Shown here one piece after another: positions 7,813-15,587 of a stretch of DNA of 64,000 nucleotides. The notes below the pieces were generated by a model. It ran no database searches, had not been told where the DNA came from, and worked only from the letters and a program-made list of their open reading frames with translations. The position numbers were made by a program, and so were the translations under genes. Position 1 is the stretch's first letter; the number at the start of each line of letters is the position of its first letter. The DNA is taken from contig JACPCP010000009.1 in NCBI GenBank assembly GCA_016179745.1, positions 9,084 to 73,083 on the forward strand, in the 5' to 3' direction. This DNA comes from Candidatus Omnitrophota bacterium. Its GTDB lineage: Bacteria; Omnitrophota; Omnitrophia; Omnitrophales; JACQLI01.

Positions 7813-10800
7813 AACGGCGCCGCTTTCAATGAAGATGCCCTCACGACGCTCGACAATGAGCCCGGACTGGCGGCTGTCGGTTCCAACGTGAATGCGAATT
7901 CTCCCAATGCCATTGTCGGTCTTCGGCAATTCAACGAGGACGAATTCGAATTTGAGTTTGACCTCCGCCCGAGCCCGTCCAGTTTTGTTTTTGTCAACGC
8001 AAGCCGGGGTTTCTTCGACGACGGAGACGGGTCCTTTGTGGGGACGCCTGCCGATTTGCCGGAAAATTTTATCTTGGCCGCCCGGGGCCGGGAAGGCGGA
8101 AAACTTAAAGTGGAGCTGGTGGATACCTTCCAGCGGCGGGCGACCTTTGTCCTGAATGAGCTCCTTCCCGTTTATCAGAATTACACCCTGGTCCTTTCGG
8201 GAAATAACATTCCGGCCGGCTTTGACCGGACGAACGTGGCCCAGATTATTTTTGTGGAGGACCCGAATCTCGCTGGCGCAGTCTTAAATGACGTTGTGAG
8301 AATTGAGATGAAAGGGTTGAACTTCAAACCTCCCGTGATCAGCGACGATCTTCTGGAGGTTTACCTTTCTTTGATCACGAAAGGGATAACCTATTTCACG
8401 GAAGGGGTCGGGCTTGATTCGACGACTCATTTTCCGTTCGACAACATCGATTCCGATGGAGATGCCGCTAAATTCACGCAGCCCACGCTCATTGGATTCT
8501 ATCTGCAGATCCTGGGCGAGAAACTGGCCGAGCAAATTGACCTCGGGGCCAGCACGCCGGACGAGATTTTGGCCGAGATCGATACAGTGATGACGAATCT
8601 CCTGAGCGCTCAAACGAATTTCGGTTTCAAGGGATTGCTCCCATTCCTGAATCTTGACCCCTTAGGAGCGTTGACCACGACCGTCGGTTTCGTGGACAAT
8701 GCCAACCTAACTCAAAGCCTGGCCGTCATGGTGGGTTCGCTCGAGAGTTCGGATCTCGACGCCGGACAACAGGCCGTGGCCAACGGGATTAAAGCCAAGG
8801 CGGACAGCTTCATTGCAAATCAAGAGCAAGGTTACACAGACTTGGTTCACCCCGAATTTGGAATTTTCCAGGGGGCCTTCGATTCTTCCACGGGCCAGGC
8901 CTCGGGGGTGATTGACCGGTTGGCGACGGAATACCGGGGGGCCGTCGCATTTTTAAAAGTGATCTACCCGGACCTGCCGGATTCCGTTTGGGACAATTTG
9001 GAAATCAAGACGGCAAATTACACGGACCAAAACGGGCAGACGATCGAAAACCTGGCTCCCTTCGACGGCGGGGCCTTTCAAATGTTTTGGCCGCTTCTGA
9101 GAAACCCCGAGCAGGACTTCATCGGTTTTCGAAATGCCCTGCACAATCATTTTGTCACGCAGGCGGACTATGCCTTCAGGAACCAGATTCCCGGCTTTCT
9201 CTCCGCAGCCCAGAGGCCGGCGCCAGCCGACCAATACCAGGGGCGTCTCGGGATTCTCGATATTGCGGAAGGCAGGGCTTTCGCCAGTTCCGAATACCTT
9301 ATTGATCTTGGCTCCACCTACGGTCTGGCCAGCGGGTTCCGGGTGGACCCCTTTCAGACGCTTGAATGGTTGAATGCCATTGAAGACGAGCTTCCGGCAT
9401 TGAGCGGGCCCCACGGCTTTCTGGATTCCGCTTATTCCGACACAGAAGTGGCACGTCGCTTCCTTGGGATCGACATCGCCTCCACCGTTTTGGCGCTCGC
9501 CGATGGGGGACCGGAGGCGTTTGAGACTTACCTGAGAAACCGGGGGCTTGAACTTGCTTACAACCGTCTCTATGAGAAAAAGTCGCTGGTCCTTGGAATC
9601 GACAAGACCGCGACTCCGATCGTTGACCCCCCAACCTTCCCGGACCGTTCTCTCGCCGTCTTCAGCCATTTCTCCGGTCAGGGAGAAGTCGGGAATTTTC
9701 CCGTGACCCCCACGAGCTTCACCGGTGTTCAATTCAATTACAGCTCACTCGGCGGCGTCCTCAGCGGAAAATTTTGGAACCTGGATCAAGTTTATGATGC
9801 CCGGGCCAACCGGCTGCTGATCTACCATACCGTGACAGACTCTCCGCAGCAGATCAGAATCGAACTGAAAGATTCGACCAATAACCTTCTTCTGGCGCAG
9901 GCCTTCGACCTGCCGGTCACTCCCGAAGTCAAAACGCTTGAAATCGACCTTCCCAACCTGACACCGCTTCAGTCGGTCAGTCAGGTTTTGATCCTGATCG
10001 ATCAGGGCGCAACAGGTGACACGAGCGGTGACTTTTTTATTCACGCCATTGATTTCCAGCATCCTCCTGGAAGGCACCACTCCACGACGCCCGTTGCTAC
10101 ACTGGCGGAGCTCGATCCAAGCTTCAATGCCGGCGTTCCGGGAATTGTCTTGTCCGACAGCCGGGGAGAGCTTAGGGGTGGAGTCTATCGGTCCTTCAAT
10201 TTGTCTCCACCGGAGACGGGTTCGACGGGTTCCAGCTCCGGAGGTTCAGACAGTTCCGGCCAAACGGGCGGCAATTCCGGAAGTTCTTCGAGCGGCGATT
10301 CTGGAAGCCCTCCGGACAGCAATAGCAACAGTAACAGTAACAATGACGGAAACAGTGGCAACAATGTGGGTAATGATACAGATTCATCCGGTTCTTCTTC
10401 CGACGAAAATCAGAATACGAGTCCAAGCACTGGCGGATCCGGTTCAGGCACAGATCAGGTCGTCCCAACAGTCGTTGCTCAAACGATCACTGCGGGATCC
10501 GCCCCGAATCACTTTGCCCTGCCCATTCGAGAGCCGGCACCGTCCTTAATAGGAACATCCGAAAGCTTGGGCCCTCGACGGGGTTTACTCGTGAGGGAGA
10601 GAGAATTGGAACCCGGTGACCTTACAAACCTCGTGTTGCTCCGGGCGGGCGAGCAATCCAAGAAGCGGCGCTTTGCCCGCTATTCCGAAAAGCCTTACCT
10701 CCTGCCCTTCAGCGATCTTATCGAATCCATCAAGCGCACCCTCCTTGGGCACAAGGACATGACCTACGACGAGGTCGTCAAGCGAATGGCCTTGCTGGAT

Positions 10801-10884
10801 GAAATGCTCCTTTGGCCCGTGGGCAACCTTCTTCCGCCGTCCGTTACAAAAGAGCAGGAACCCGTCCATCCTCTGGAATCTTAA
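5899..10884 (+). CDS. Giant repeat protein, C-terminal part
   Basis: Contains:
- about 3.8 copies of a 168-aa module (...RFD.AY.LT..GSFGGS.T.FDDFGT..KESV.L.GQ...GLRD.G....L.LED..G..D.VLL.G.D.TERF...D..LF..VDL..IT....VLE......STLEVRLG.HP)
- two more divergent modules
- a helical region of about 500 aa with TLIGFYLQ, GGAFQMFWPLL and GPHGFLDSAY...GIDIASTVLAL patterns, reminiscent of (alpha/alpha)6 glycoside-hydrolase-like toroids (DUF3131/glucoamylase-like; unverified)
- an S/G/N-rich linker

The GTG start has no visible RBS. Confidence 0.7.
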   Translation: MISRSRFDLTYDLTTAGFFAASVSSFDDFGTSSFRESVNLLGESIILGLRDPGGSELILKLEDANGGADSVLLSGIDAVERFFSVDTALFDQVDLSEITNIVLVLEEGRVSDTTSTVEVRLGDHPFTPTVNPDPNLNSNDVSTLSGINALSTFNSNPANGATGVITLDQLSSSRFDIAYDLTEAGSFGGSFTSFDDFGTSSKESVNLGGQSFVIGLRDDGAPAGVILKLEDANGGADSVLLAGIDGTERFFRIDTSLFEDVDLTQVTTIVVVLEDSKAIDKTSTLEVRLGGHPFTPTVAPDPSLTSADVSNLSGISQVVAFDSNDPNPDGTVTLNQTSVTRFDLAYNLTNSGSFGGSITAFDDFGTVPKESVSLAGQTLTLGLRDIGGSTVILELGDAAGAKDKVLLIGVDGTERFYRVDTALFEEVDLTQITALSLVLEESRMGDKTSTLEVRLGNHPLGGGSTIPVLTPDSILTASDISTLSGINELTGFDSDFPNPNGKLVLTEVSTTRFNLDYDLTVDGSFVGSITAFDKFITAQKESVSLAGQTIVLGLRDPGAPSVILQLEDASGKRDQVLLTGVDQTERFFSVPTSLFDGVNLGQITAVVLVLEENRVTNKASTLEVRLGNHPIVPFVPVLNGAAFNEDALTTLDNEPGLAAVGSNVNANSPNAIVGLRQFNEDEFEFEFDLRPSPSSFVFVNASRGFFDDGDGSFVGTPADLPENFILAARGREGGKLKVELVDTFQRRATFVLNELLPVYQNYTLVLSGNNIPAGFDRTNVAQIIFVEDPNLAGAVLNDVVRIEMKGLNFKPPVISDDLLEVYLSLITKGITYFTEGVGLDSTTHFPFDNIDSDGDAAKFTQPTLIGFYLQILGEKLAEQIDLGASTPDEILAEIDTVMTNLLSAQTNFGFKGLLPFLNLDPLGALTTTVGFVDNANLTQSLAVMVGSLESSDLDAGQQAVANGIKAKADSFIANQEQGYTDLVHPEFGIFQGAFDSSTGQASGVIDRLATEYRGAVAFLKVIYPDLPDSVWDNLEIKTANYTDQNGQTIENLAPFDGGAFQMFWPLLRNPEQDFIGFRNALHNHFVTQADYAFRNQIPGFLSAAQRPAPADQYQGRLGILDIAEGRAFASSEYLIDLGSTYGLASGFRVDPFQTLEWLNAIEDELPALSGPHGFLDSAYSDTEVARRFLGIDIASTVLALADGGPEAFETYLRNRGLELAYNRLYEKKSLVLGIDKTATPIVDPPTFPDRSLAVFSHFSGQGEVGNFPVTPTSFTGVQFNYSSLGGVLSGKFWNLDQVYDARANRLLIYHTVTDSPQQIRIELKDSTNNLLLAQAFDLPVTPEVKTLEIDLPNLTPLQSVSQVLILIDQGATGDTSGDFFIHAIDFQHPPGRHHSTTPVATLAELDPSFNAGVPGIVLSDSRGELRGGVYRSFNLSPPETGSTGSSSGGSDSSGQTGGNSGSSSSGDSGSPPDSNSNSNSNNDGNSGNNVGNDTDSSGSSSDENQNTSPSTGGSGSGTDQVVPTVVAQTITAGSAPNHFALPIREPAPSLIGTSESLGPRRGLLVRERELEPGDLTNLVLLRAGEQSKKRRFARYSEKPYLLPFSDLIESIKRTLLGHKDMTYDEVVKRMALLDEMLLWPVGNLLPPSVTKEQEPVHPLES

Positions 10885-10895
10885 GTCCCCCTTAT

Positions 10896-10924
10896 TTGAC
10901 AAAGCATTCCTAAGTTGTTAGCAT
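10896..10924 (+). promoter_or_regulatory. Sigma70-like promoter for the rib operon
   Basis: TTGACA (10896-10901), a 17-nt spacer and TAGCAT (10919-10924), about 20 nt upstream of the ribBA ATG. Confidence 0.4.
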
Positions 10925-10945
10925 ACTTGGACTTTGAGGCCAAAA

Positions 10946-12142
10946 ATGTCATTCCACTCCATCCCAGAAATCATTGAAGAGATTCGCCAGGGCCGGATGG
11001 TCATCATGACCGACGACGAATCCCGGGAAAATGAAGGCGATTTGATTTTTGCCGCCCAGTTTGTCACGCCGGAAAAAGTTAATTTTATGATGAAGGAAGG
11101 CCGGGGCCTGATCTGTGTTCCCCTCATTGAGGAAAGGATCGAAGCCTTGGGCCTGGATGAACTGAAGGATTCTTCGGAAGACCCCATGCGGACAGCCTTT
11201 ACGCTTTCCGTCGACGCCCGTCTCGGTGTCACCACGGGGATTTCGGCTTTCGACCGGGCCCGCACGATCGAAGTTTTGGCCGACCCGAATCGAGGCCCTT
11301 CGGACCTCCTCACGCCCGGCCATATTTTTCCTTTGAAGGCGAAACGGGGCGGGGTTCTGATTCGGACCGGCCACACGGAAGCGGGGATTGACCTGTGCCG
11401 TCTGGCCGGCATTGAGCCGGCGGCCGTGATTTGCGAGATCGTCAACGATGACGGTACGATGGCTCGGACGCCAGAGCTCGTCCGTTTTGCCCAACAGCAC
11501 TCCCTCAAAATGGGAACCATTAAAGATTTGATCACTTACCGCCGCCAATTTGATCGGGTCATCGAGAAGGTAACGGAGACGGCGATCCCCACCGTTTTTG
11601 GCGTTTGGAAACTCAAACTCTATCGTTCCCTGGTGGACCACCGGGAACACGTCGCTCTCATTAAAGGCCCGATGGGTCCCGAGCCGACTCTGGTCCGGGT
11701 GCACTCGGAGTGCTTCACGGGCGACGTTTTGGGCTCGCTTCGCTGCGATTGCCAGGACCAATTAATGGCAGCGATGGAAGCGATCGAAAAAGAAGGCCGG
11801 GGTGCCATTGTTTATATGCGTCAGGAAGGCCGGGGCATCGGCCTCGCCAACAAGCTCAAGACTTACGAACTTCAGGACAAGGGTCTGGACACGGTCGAGG
11901 CGAACCGCAAATTGGGATTCAAACCCGATCTCAGGGAGTATGGGACAGGCGCCCAAATCCTTCGGGACCTCGGCCTGGAAAAACTTCGTCTGATCACCAA
12001 CAATCCCCGCAAGATCGTCGGCTTGGAAGGTTACGGGCTCACCGTGGTCGAGAGAATCTCCCTGGCCACACCCGCTCATGCGCATAACGCCAAGTATCTC
12101 CGGACGAAGAAGGAGAAACTTGGTCACTTCATCAACTTCTGA
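10946..12142 (+). CDS. ribBA: Bifunctional 3,4-dihydroxy-2-butanone-4-phosphate synthase / GTP cyclohydrolase II
   Basis: N-domain ...DDESRENEGDLIFAA...GHTEAGIDL. C-domain VRVHSECFTGDVLGSLRCDC...MRQEGRGIGL. ATG 10946 is preferred over TTG 10934. Confidence 0.95.
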   Translation: MSFHSIPEIIEEIRQGRMVIMTDDESRENEGDLIFAAQFVTPEKVNFMMKEGRGLICVPLIEERIEALGLDELKDSSEDPMRTAFTLSVDARLGVTTGISAFDRARTIEVLADPNRGPSDLLTPGHIFPLKAKRGGVLIRTGHTEAGIDLCRLAGIEPAAVICEIVNDDGTMARTPELVRFAQQHSLKMGTIKDLITYRRQFDRVIEKVTETAIPTVFGVWKLKLYRSLVDHREHVALIKGPMGPEPTLVRVHSECFTGDVLGSLRCDCQDQLMAAMEAIEKEGRGAIVYMRQEGRGIGLANKLKTYELQDKGLDTVEANRKLGFKPDLREYGTGAQILRDLGLEKLRLITNNPRKIVGLEGYGLTVVERISLATPAHAHNAKYLRTKKEKLGHFINF

Positions 12143-12638
12143 CCGGACGCCGTCCGGTCATTTAACCGGACGGCGTCCGGTTACGCTTGACGCCCGCCGA
12201 AAACGATTCGGTATCGTTGTCTCCCGATTCAACGAGTTTATTACGAAGCGGCTCCTTGCGAGCGCCCTCGAGACCCTGCTGGCGCACGGGGCATCTCCCC
12301 GGGCCGTGGAAACGGTTTGGGTGCCGGGAGCGCTGGAGGTCCCGCAGGTTGCGAAATGGCTCGCCCGGCGGAAAAAGTTTGATGCGTTGATTATTTTGAG
12401 CTGCATCCTTCGGGGCGACACGATCCACTTCGATTGTGTTTCCAACGAAATCATTCGTGGGATTTCCCAGGCGGCGCTTGAAACGGGAATGCCGATTGCA
12501 AGCGGCATCATCCTGGCCGATCGCCTGGAGCAGGCCATTGACCGGACAGGGTTGAAAATGGGGAACAAAGGCGCTCAAGCCGCTCTCGCCGCCATCGAGA
12601 TGGCCAGCCTGAACAAATTATTGGGCCGGGCCCGCTAG
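12078..12638 (+). CDS. ribH: 6,7-dimethyl-8-ribityllumazine synthase (start unresolved)
   Basis: FGIVVSRFNEFITKRLL...VWVPGALEVP...LRGDTIHFDCVSNE...NKGAQAALAAIEM matches RibH. Homology begins near 12180. The only in-frame canonical start is ATG 12078, 65 nt inside ribBA. Confidence 0.85.
   Translation: MRITPSISGRRRRNLVTSSTSDRTPSGHLTGRRPVTLDARRKRFGIVVSRFNEFITKRLLASALETLLAHGASPRAVETVWVPGALEVPQVAKWLARRKKFDALIILSCILRGDTIHFDCVSNEIIRGISQAALETGMPIASGIILADRLEQAIDRTGLKMGNKGAQAALAAIEMASLNKLLGRAR
12143..12180. repeat. Palindromic GC-rich element (copy 1)
   Basis: CCGGACGCCGTCCGG, then TCATTTAA, then CCGGACGGCGTCCGG. The two 15-mers are exact reverse complements. The same 15-mer recurs at 50499-50513. 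Confidence 0.8.
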
Positions 12639-12661
12639 ACTCCGCTCTTTTCCTATTCAAT

Positions 12662-13084
12662 ATGCGCAAGCGAACTCAGGCCCGTGAATTCGCACTCCAA
12701 ATCCTGTATCAGCAGGATTTAAATCCCGAACCGGCTGAGGCCCTTCCGGCCCAATTCTGGGAAACAAATCCGGCCCCTCCAGAAGTCTGCCAATATGCCA
12801 ACCAGCTCGTCCGGGGCACGCTCGAGCACCTGACCGAGATTGACGCTGTGATTTCCAAATACGCCGAACACTGGGAGCTTCACCGGATGGCGGCCGTCGA
12901 CCGCAACATCCTTCGGTTTTCGACTTACGAACTTCTCTACCTGGAGGAAATCCCGCCCAAAGTGGTTATTAATGAAGCGGTTAATATTGCCAAGAAATTT
13001 TCCCAGGAGGAGTCCGGAAGATTTGTGAATGGCGTTCTGGACAAGATCAATCACACGGAACCGAGGCGCTATGCGGCGAAATGA
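12662..13084 (+). CDS. nusB: Transcription antitermination factor NusB
   Basis: RTQAREFALQILYQQDL...VDRNILRFSTYELLY...PPKVVINEAVNIAKKF matches NusB. Confidence 0.9.
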   Translation: MRKRTQAREFALQILYQQDLNPEPAEALPAQFWETNPAPPEVCQYANQLVRGTLEHLTEIDAVISKYAEHWELHRMAAVDRNILRFSTYELLYLEEIPPKVVINEAVNIAKKFSQEESGRFVNGVLDKINHTEPRRYAAK

Positions 13085-14165
13085 AATCTGGATGAGGCGG
13101 GCGCTCGAGCTGGCCCAGAAAGGCGGGGACCGGACCCGCCCCAATCCGCTGGTCGGTGCAGTCGTGGTCCGAAACGAAAAGTTGATCAGCGAAGGATACC
13201 ACGTCGAGTTCGGAGGGCCGCACGCCGAAGTGTCGGCCCTCCGGAAGGCGGGGCCGAAGGCCCGGGGGGCCACGCTTTACGTTACGCTCGAACCCTGCTC
13301 CAGCTGGGGCAAGACCCCGCCCTGTGTGGACTGGGTGATCGAAAGCGGGATCCGCAAAGCCGTCATTGGGCGGACGGACCCCAATCCTCAGAATCATCTC
13401 AAGGGAATTCGCCGTCTCCGTCAGGCCGGGATCCGGGTTGAGACCGGAATTTTAGGGGAGGAAGCGGAGAAACAAAACGAGGCCTTTTTTAAAACCATGC
13501 GCACCAGTCTTCCCTTCGTGACGCTGAAGATGGCGCAATCCTTGGACGGCAAGATTGCCACCCGGGCGGGGGAGTCCCGCTGGATTTCATCGGGCCCGGC
13601 CCGGGCATTTGTGCGCCGTCTGCGGGACCATTCGGACGCCGTCCTGATTGGAAAAAACACCCTTCTCCAGGACGACCCCCTCCTGTCAGGCTCAAACGGC
13701 TGCGAGAAGCCGTGGCGGGTGGTGCTGGATCCAAAACTGGATCTCCAGTCGGACGCCCGTGTTTTTCAAGGGCCGCAGCTCACTTTGGTGGCGGTTTCCG
13801 ACCGGCGCCTGAAAGAAATTCCAAAAAAGACGCAGGGGAAGGGAAAAGTTTTTCTTCCGGTTCCGGAAACAAAAGGAAGATTTGACCTTAGGAACCTTTT
13901 GAAGAAATTGGCAGCGCTCGGCGTTCAGAATCTTTTGGTCGAAGGCGGCGGAGAGGTGGCGTGGAGCTTCATTCGAGAGAGACTGGCGGACCGGTTGATT
14001 TGGATTGTGGCGCCCAAAATTATCGGCGGCCGGGACGCCCGGACTTCAGTCGAGGGAGAGGGGATTGACGGGCTCCAGAAGGCGTATCCTTTGAAATGGG
14101 ACAGCGTGTATCGGCTGGGCCCGGATTTTGTCTTTGAGGCGAGATTATGTTCACAGGCATCGTAG
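13071..14165 (+). CDS. ribD: Bifunctional riboflavin-biosynthesis deaminase/reductase
   Basis: Deaminase zinc motifs HAEVSAL and PCSSWGKTPPC. Reductase C-domain ...LLVEGGGEV. ATG 13071 overlaps the nusB end by 14 nt. Confidence 0.9.
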   Translation: MRRNEIWMRRALELAQKGGDRTRPNPLVGAVVVRNEKLISEGYHVEFGGPHAEVSALRKAGPKARGATLYVTLEPCSSWGKTPPCVDWVIESGIRKAVIGRTDPNPQNHLKGIRRLRQAGIRVETGILGEEAEKQNEAFFKTMRTSLPFVTLKMAQSLDGKIATRAGESRWISSGPARAFVRRLRDHSDAVLIGKNTLLQDDPLLSGSNGCEKPWRVVLDPKLDLQSDARVFQGPQLTLVAVSDRRLKEIPKKTQGKGKVFLPVPETKGRFDLRNLLKKLAALGVQNLLVEGGGEVAWSFIRERLADRLIWIVAPKIIGGRDARTSVEGEGIDGLQKAYPLKWDSVYRLGPDFVFEARLCSQAS

Positions 14166-14785
14166 AGTCCCGGGCCGTGCTGCGGGAAGTCAAAAAATTC
14201 AACACAGGCTCCCGCCTTGCCTTTGAATGGATTGGCCGAAAGCCCCGGTTTCGAATCGGGGAAAGCATTGCCGTGGACGGCGCCTGCTTGACGGTCACCC
14301 GTTTTCAAGGGCGCCGGTTCTGGGTCGACGTCATTCCGGAAACTTTACGGTCCACTACGCTGGGGAGGTTGGCACCGGGCCGAGAGGTCAATGTCGAGCG
14401 TTCGCTCCGTCTCGGAGATCCGGTGGGGGGGCATTGGGTCACGGGGCATGTGGATGGGGTGGGCCTGATCCGGAAATTTGAGCGGCGAGGGACGAATTTC
14501 TCCTTGCAAATCAAGGCCTCGCCCGATATAATCCGCCCCCTCGTCGAAAAAGGTTCCGTGGCGGTCGACGGGATCAGTTTTACCCTGCAGGAGGTCCGGC
14601 GCCGGTATTTTGTCGTCGGCGTGATTCCTCAAACTTATCGGGTCACCACGCTCAAGGGAAAAGGGGCCGGAGACCCGGTGAATTTAGAAACGGATCTCTT
14701 CGCAAAGCTGGTTCTCAAATTTCTGTCAAAAGATTCCGAGGCGTCGTCCCTCAAAGTGAAGCGCCTCGAGGCCCAGGGGTTCTGA
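14147..14785 (+). CDS. ribE: Riboflavin synthase alpha chain
   Basis: The MFTGIVE start and a duplicated barrel (SIAVDGACLTV / SVAVDGISFTL) are typical of riboflavin synthase. Confidence 0.9.
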   Translation: MFTGIVESRAVLREVKKFNTGSRLAFEWIGRKPRFRIGESIAVDGACLTVTRFQGRRFWVDVIPETLRSTTLGRLAPGREVNVERSLRLGDPVGGHWVTGHVDGVGLIRKFERRGTNFSLQIKASPDIIRPLVEKGSVAVDGISFTLQEVRRRYFVVGVIPQTYRVTTLKGKGAGDPVNLETDLFAKLVLKFLSKDSEASSLKVKRLEAQGF

Positions 14786-14796
14786 TAGGAGAACGA

Positions 14797-14967
14797 ATGG
14801 TCTCCAAAACGGAAGAAGCGGACCTCTCGATCAAATTGGAATCCAAACTGATCGAACGTCTGCTCGTCCGGAAAGGGTTGCAGTTTCCCGGCCCAACACC
14901 CGATTTTTATCCCCCCCATCCTTCCGGAAACGGCTTTCCCTCCGTCCGAAAGAGAAAACCCCAGTAA
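14797..14967 (+). CDS. Small hypothetical protein (56 aa, below the ORF-track cutoff)
   Basis: AGGAGA RBS 6 nt upstream of ATG 14797. Translation MVSKTEEADLSIKLESKLIERLLVRKGLQFPGPTPDFYPPHPSGNGFPSVRKRKPQ. It fills the ribE-cobC gap. Confidence 0.3.
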   Translation: MVSKTEEADLSIKLESKLIERLLVRKGLQFPGPTPDFYPPHPSGNGFPSVRKRKPQ

Positions 14968-14981
14968 TTCCGGGAACGGGG

Positions 14982-15587
14982 ATGAAGCTGTTTCTCATCC
15001 GGCATGGGGAAACCCCCTGGACCCGGGCCCGGCGTTACCAGGGCCGGTCTGACATTCCCTTGAACGCTAAAGGAAGAAAGCAGGCACGGGCGATTGCCAG
15101 ATTTCTGAAGAGAGAGAAACCCACCCGGCTTTACACGTCGGGCCTCCGGCGGGCCCAAGAAACCGCCCAAATTATCGCCCCCTCCCTGAAACTGAAACCT
15201 CAGGTCGATCCTTGCCTGAACGAGCTCGATTTTGGTTCCTGGGAAGGGGCCCACTATCCGGAGCTTTCCAAAAATTCAAGCGCCCTATTCCGTCGCTGGC
15301 GGGAAGGAAAATTGAGAAGGCCCCCCGGAGGCGAGAGCGTAGATTTGCTCGCACGGCGGGTTCGAAAATTTTTCAGGAAAATTACGAAGCGCCACCCGGA
15401 GGAAACGGTGGTTGTGGTGACCCACGGAGGCCCCATCAAGATGTTTCTCTTTGATGTGCTCGGCGCCCGCCGGGCCTCCCTCTGGTCCTTCCGGGTCGAC
15501 CCCGCCTCCGTCTCTCTCGTCCAGGGCAACGAAGCGCTTTTTCAAATTACCTGGACCAATCAGACGCATCATTTGAATTCGAGATGA
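14982..15587 (+). CDS. cobC: Histidine-phosphatase family protein, probably alpha-ribazole phosphatase
   Basis: The LIRHGET...RYQG motif is that of the phosphoglycerate-mutase/histidine-phosphatase family. It sits at the head of the cobU-cobT-cobS cluster. Confidence 0.7.
   Translation: MKLFLIRHGETPWTRARRYQGRSDIPLNAKGRKQARAIARFLKREKPTRLYTSGLRRAQETAQIIAPSLKLKPQVDPCLNELDFGSWEGAHYPELSKNSSALFRRWREGKLRRPPGGESVDLLARRVRKFFRKITKRHPEETVVVVTHGGPIKMFLFDVLGARRASLWSFRVDPASVSLVQGNEALFQITWTNQTHHLNSR

Noticed and set aside
8953-9732. 259-aa minus-strand ORF, and several 60-170-aa ORFs on both strands, inside the giant gene
   Set aside because: They are embedded in a continuous 5-kb + strand frame with strong repeat and domain structure. 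This compositional artefact is typical of long GC-rich genes.
10885-10945. Possible FMN riboswitch upstream of ribBA
   Set aside because: The intergenic region is only 61 nt and is mostly occupied by a promoter-like TTGACA-17-TAGCAT. It is too short, and no RFN core sequence is visible.
10918-11761. Long minus-strand ORFs (205 aa and 270 aa) antisense to ribBA
   Set aside because: They lie entirely within a gene whose + strand product is an unmistakable RibBA. Their translations are Arg/Pro/Ser-rich and low in complexity, as is typical of GC-rich shadow frames. No RBS is present.
14635-14919. 94-aa minus-strand ORF spanning the ribE end and the spacer
   Set aside because: It overlaps ribE and the RBS-preceded + strand small ORF. 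It has no RBS and no motifs.
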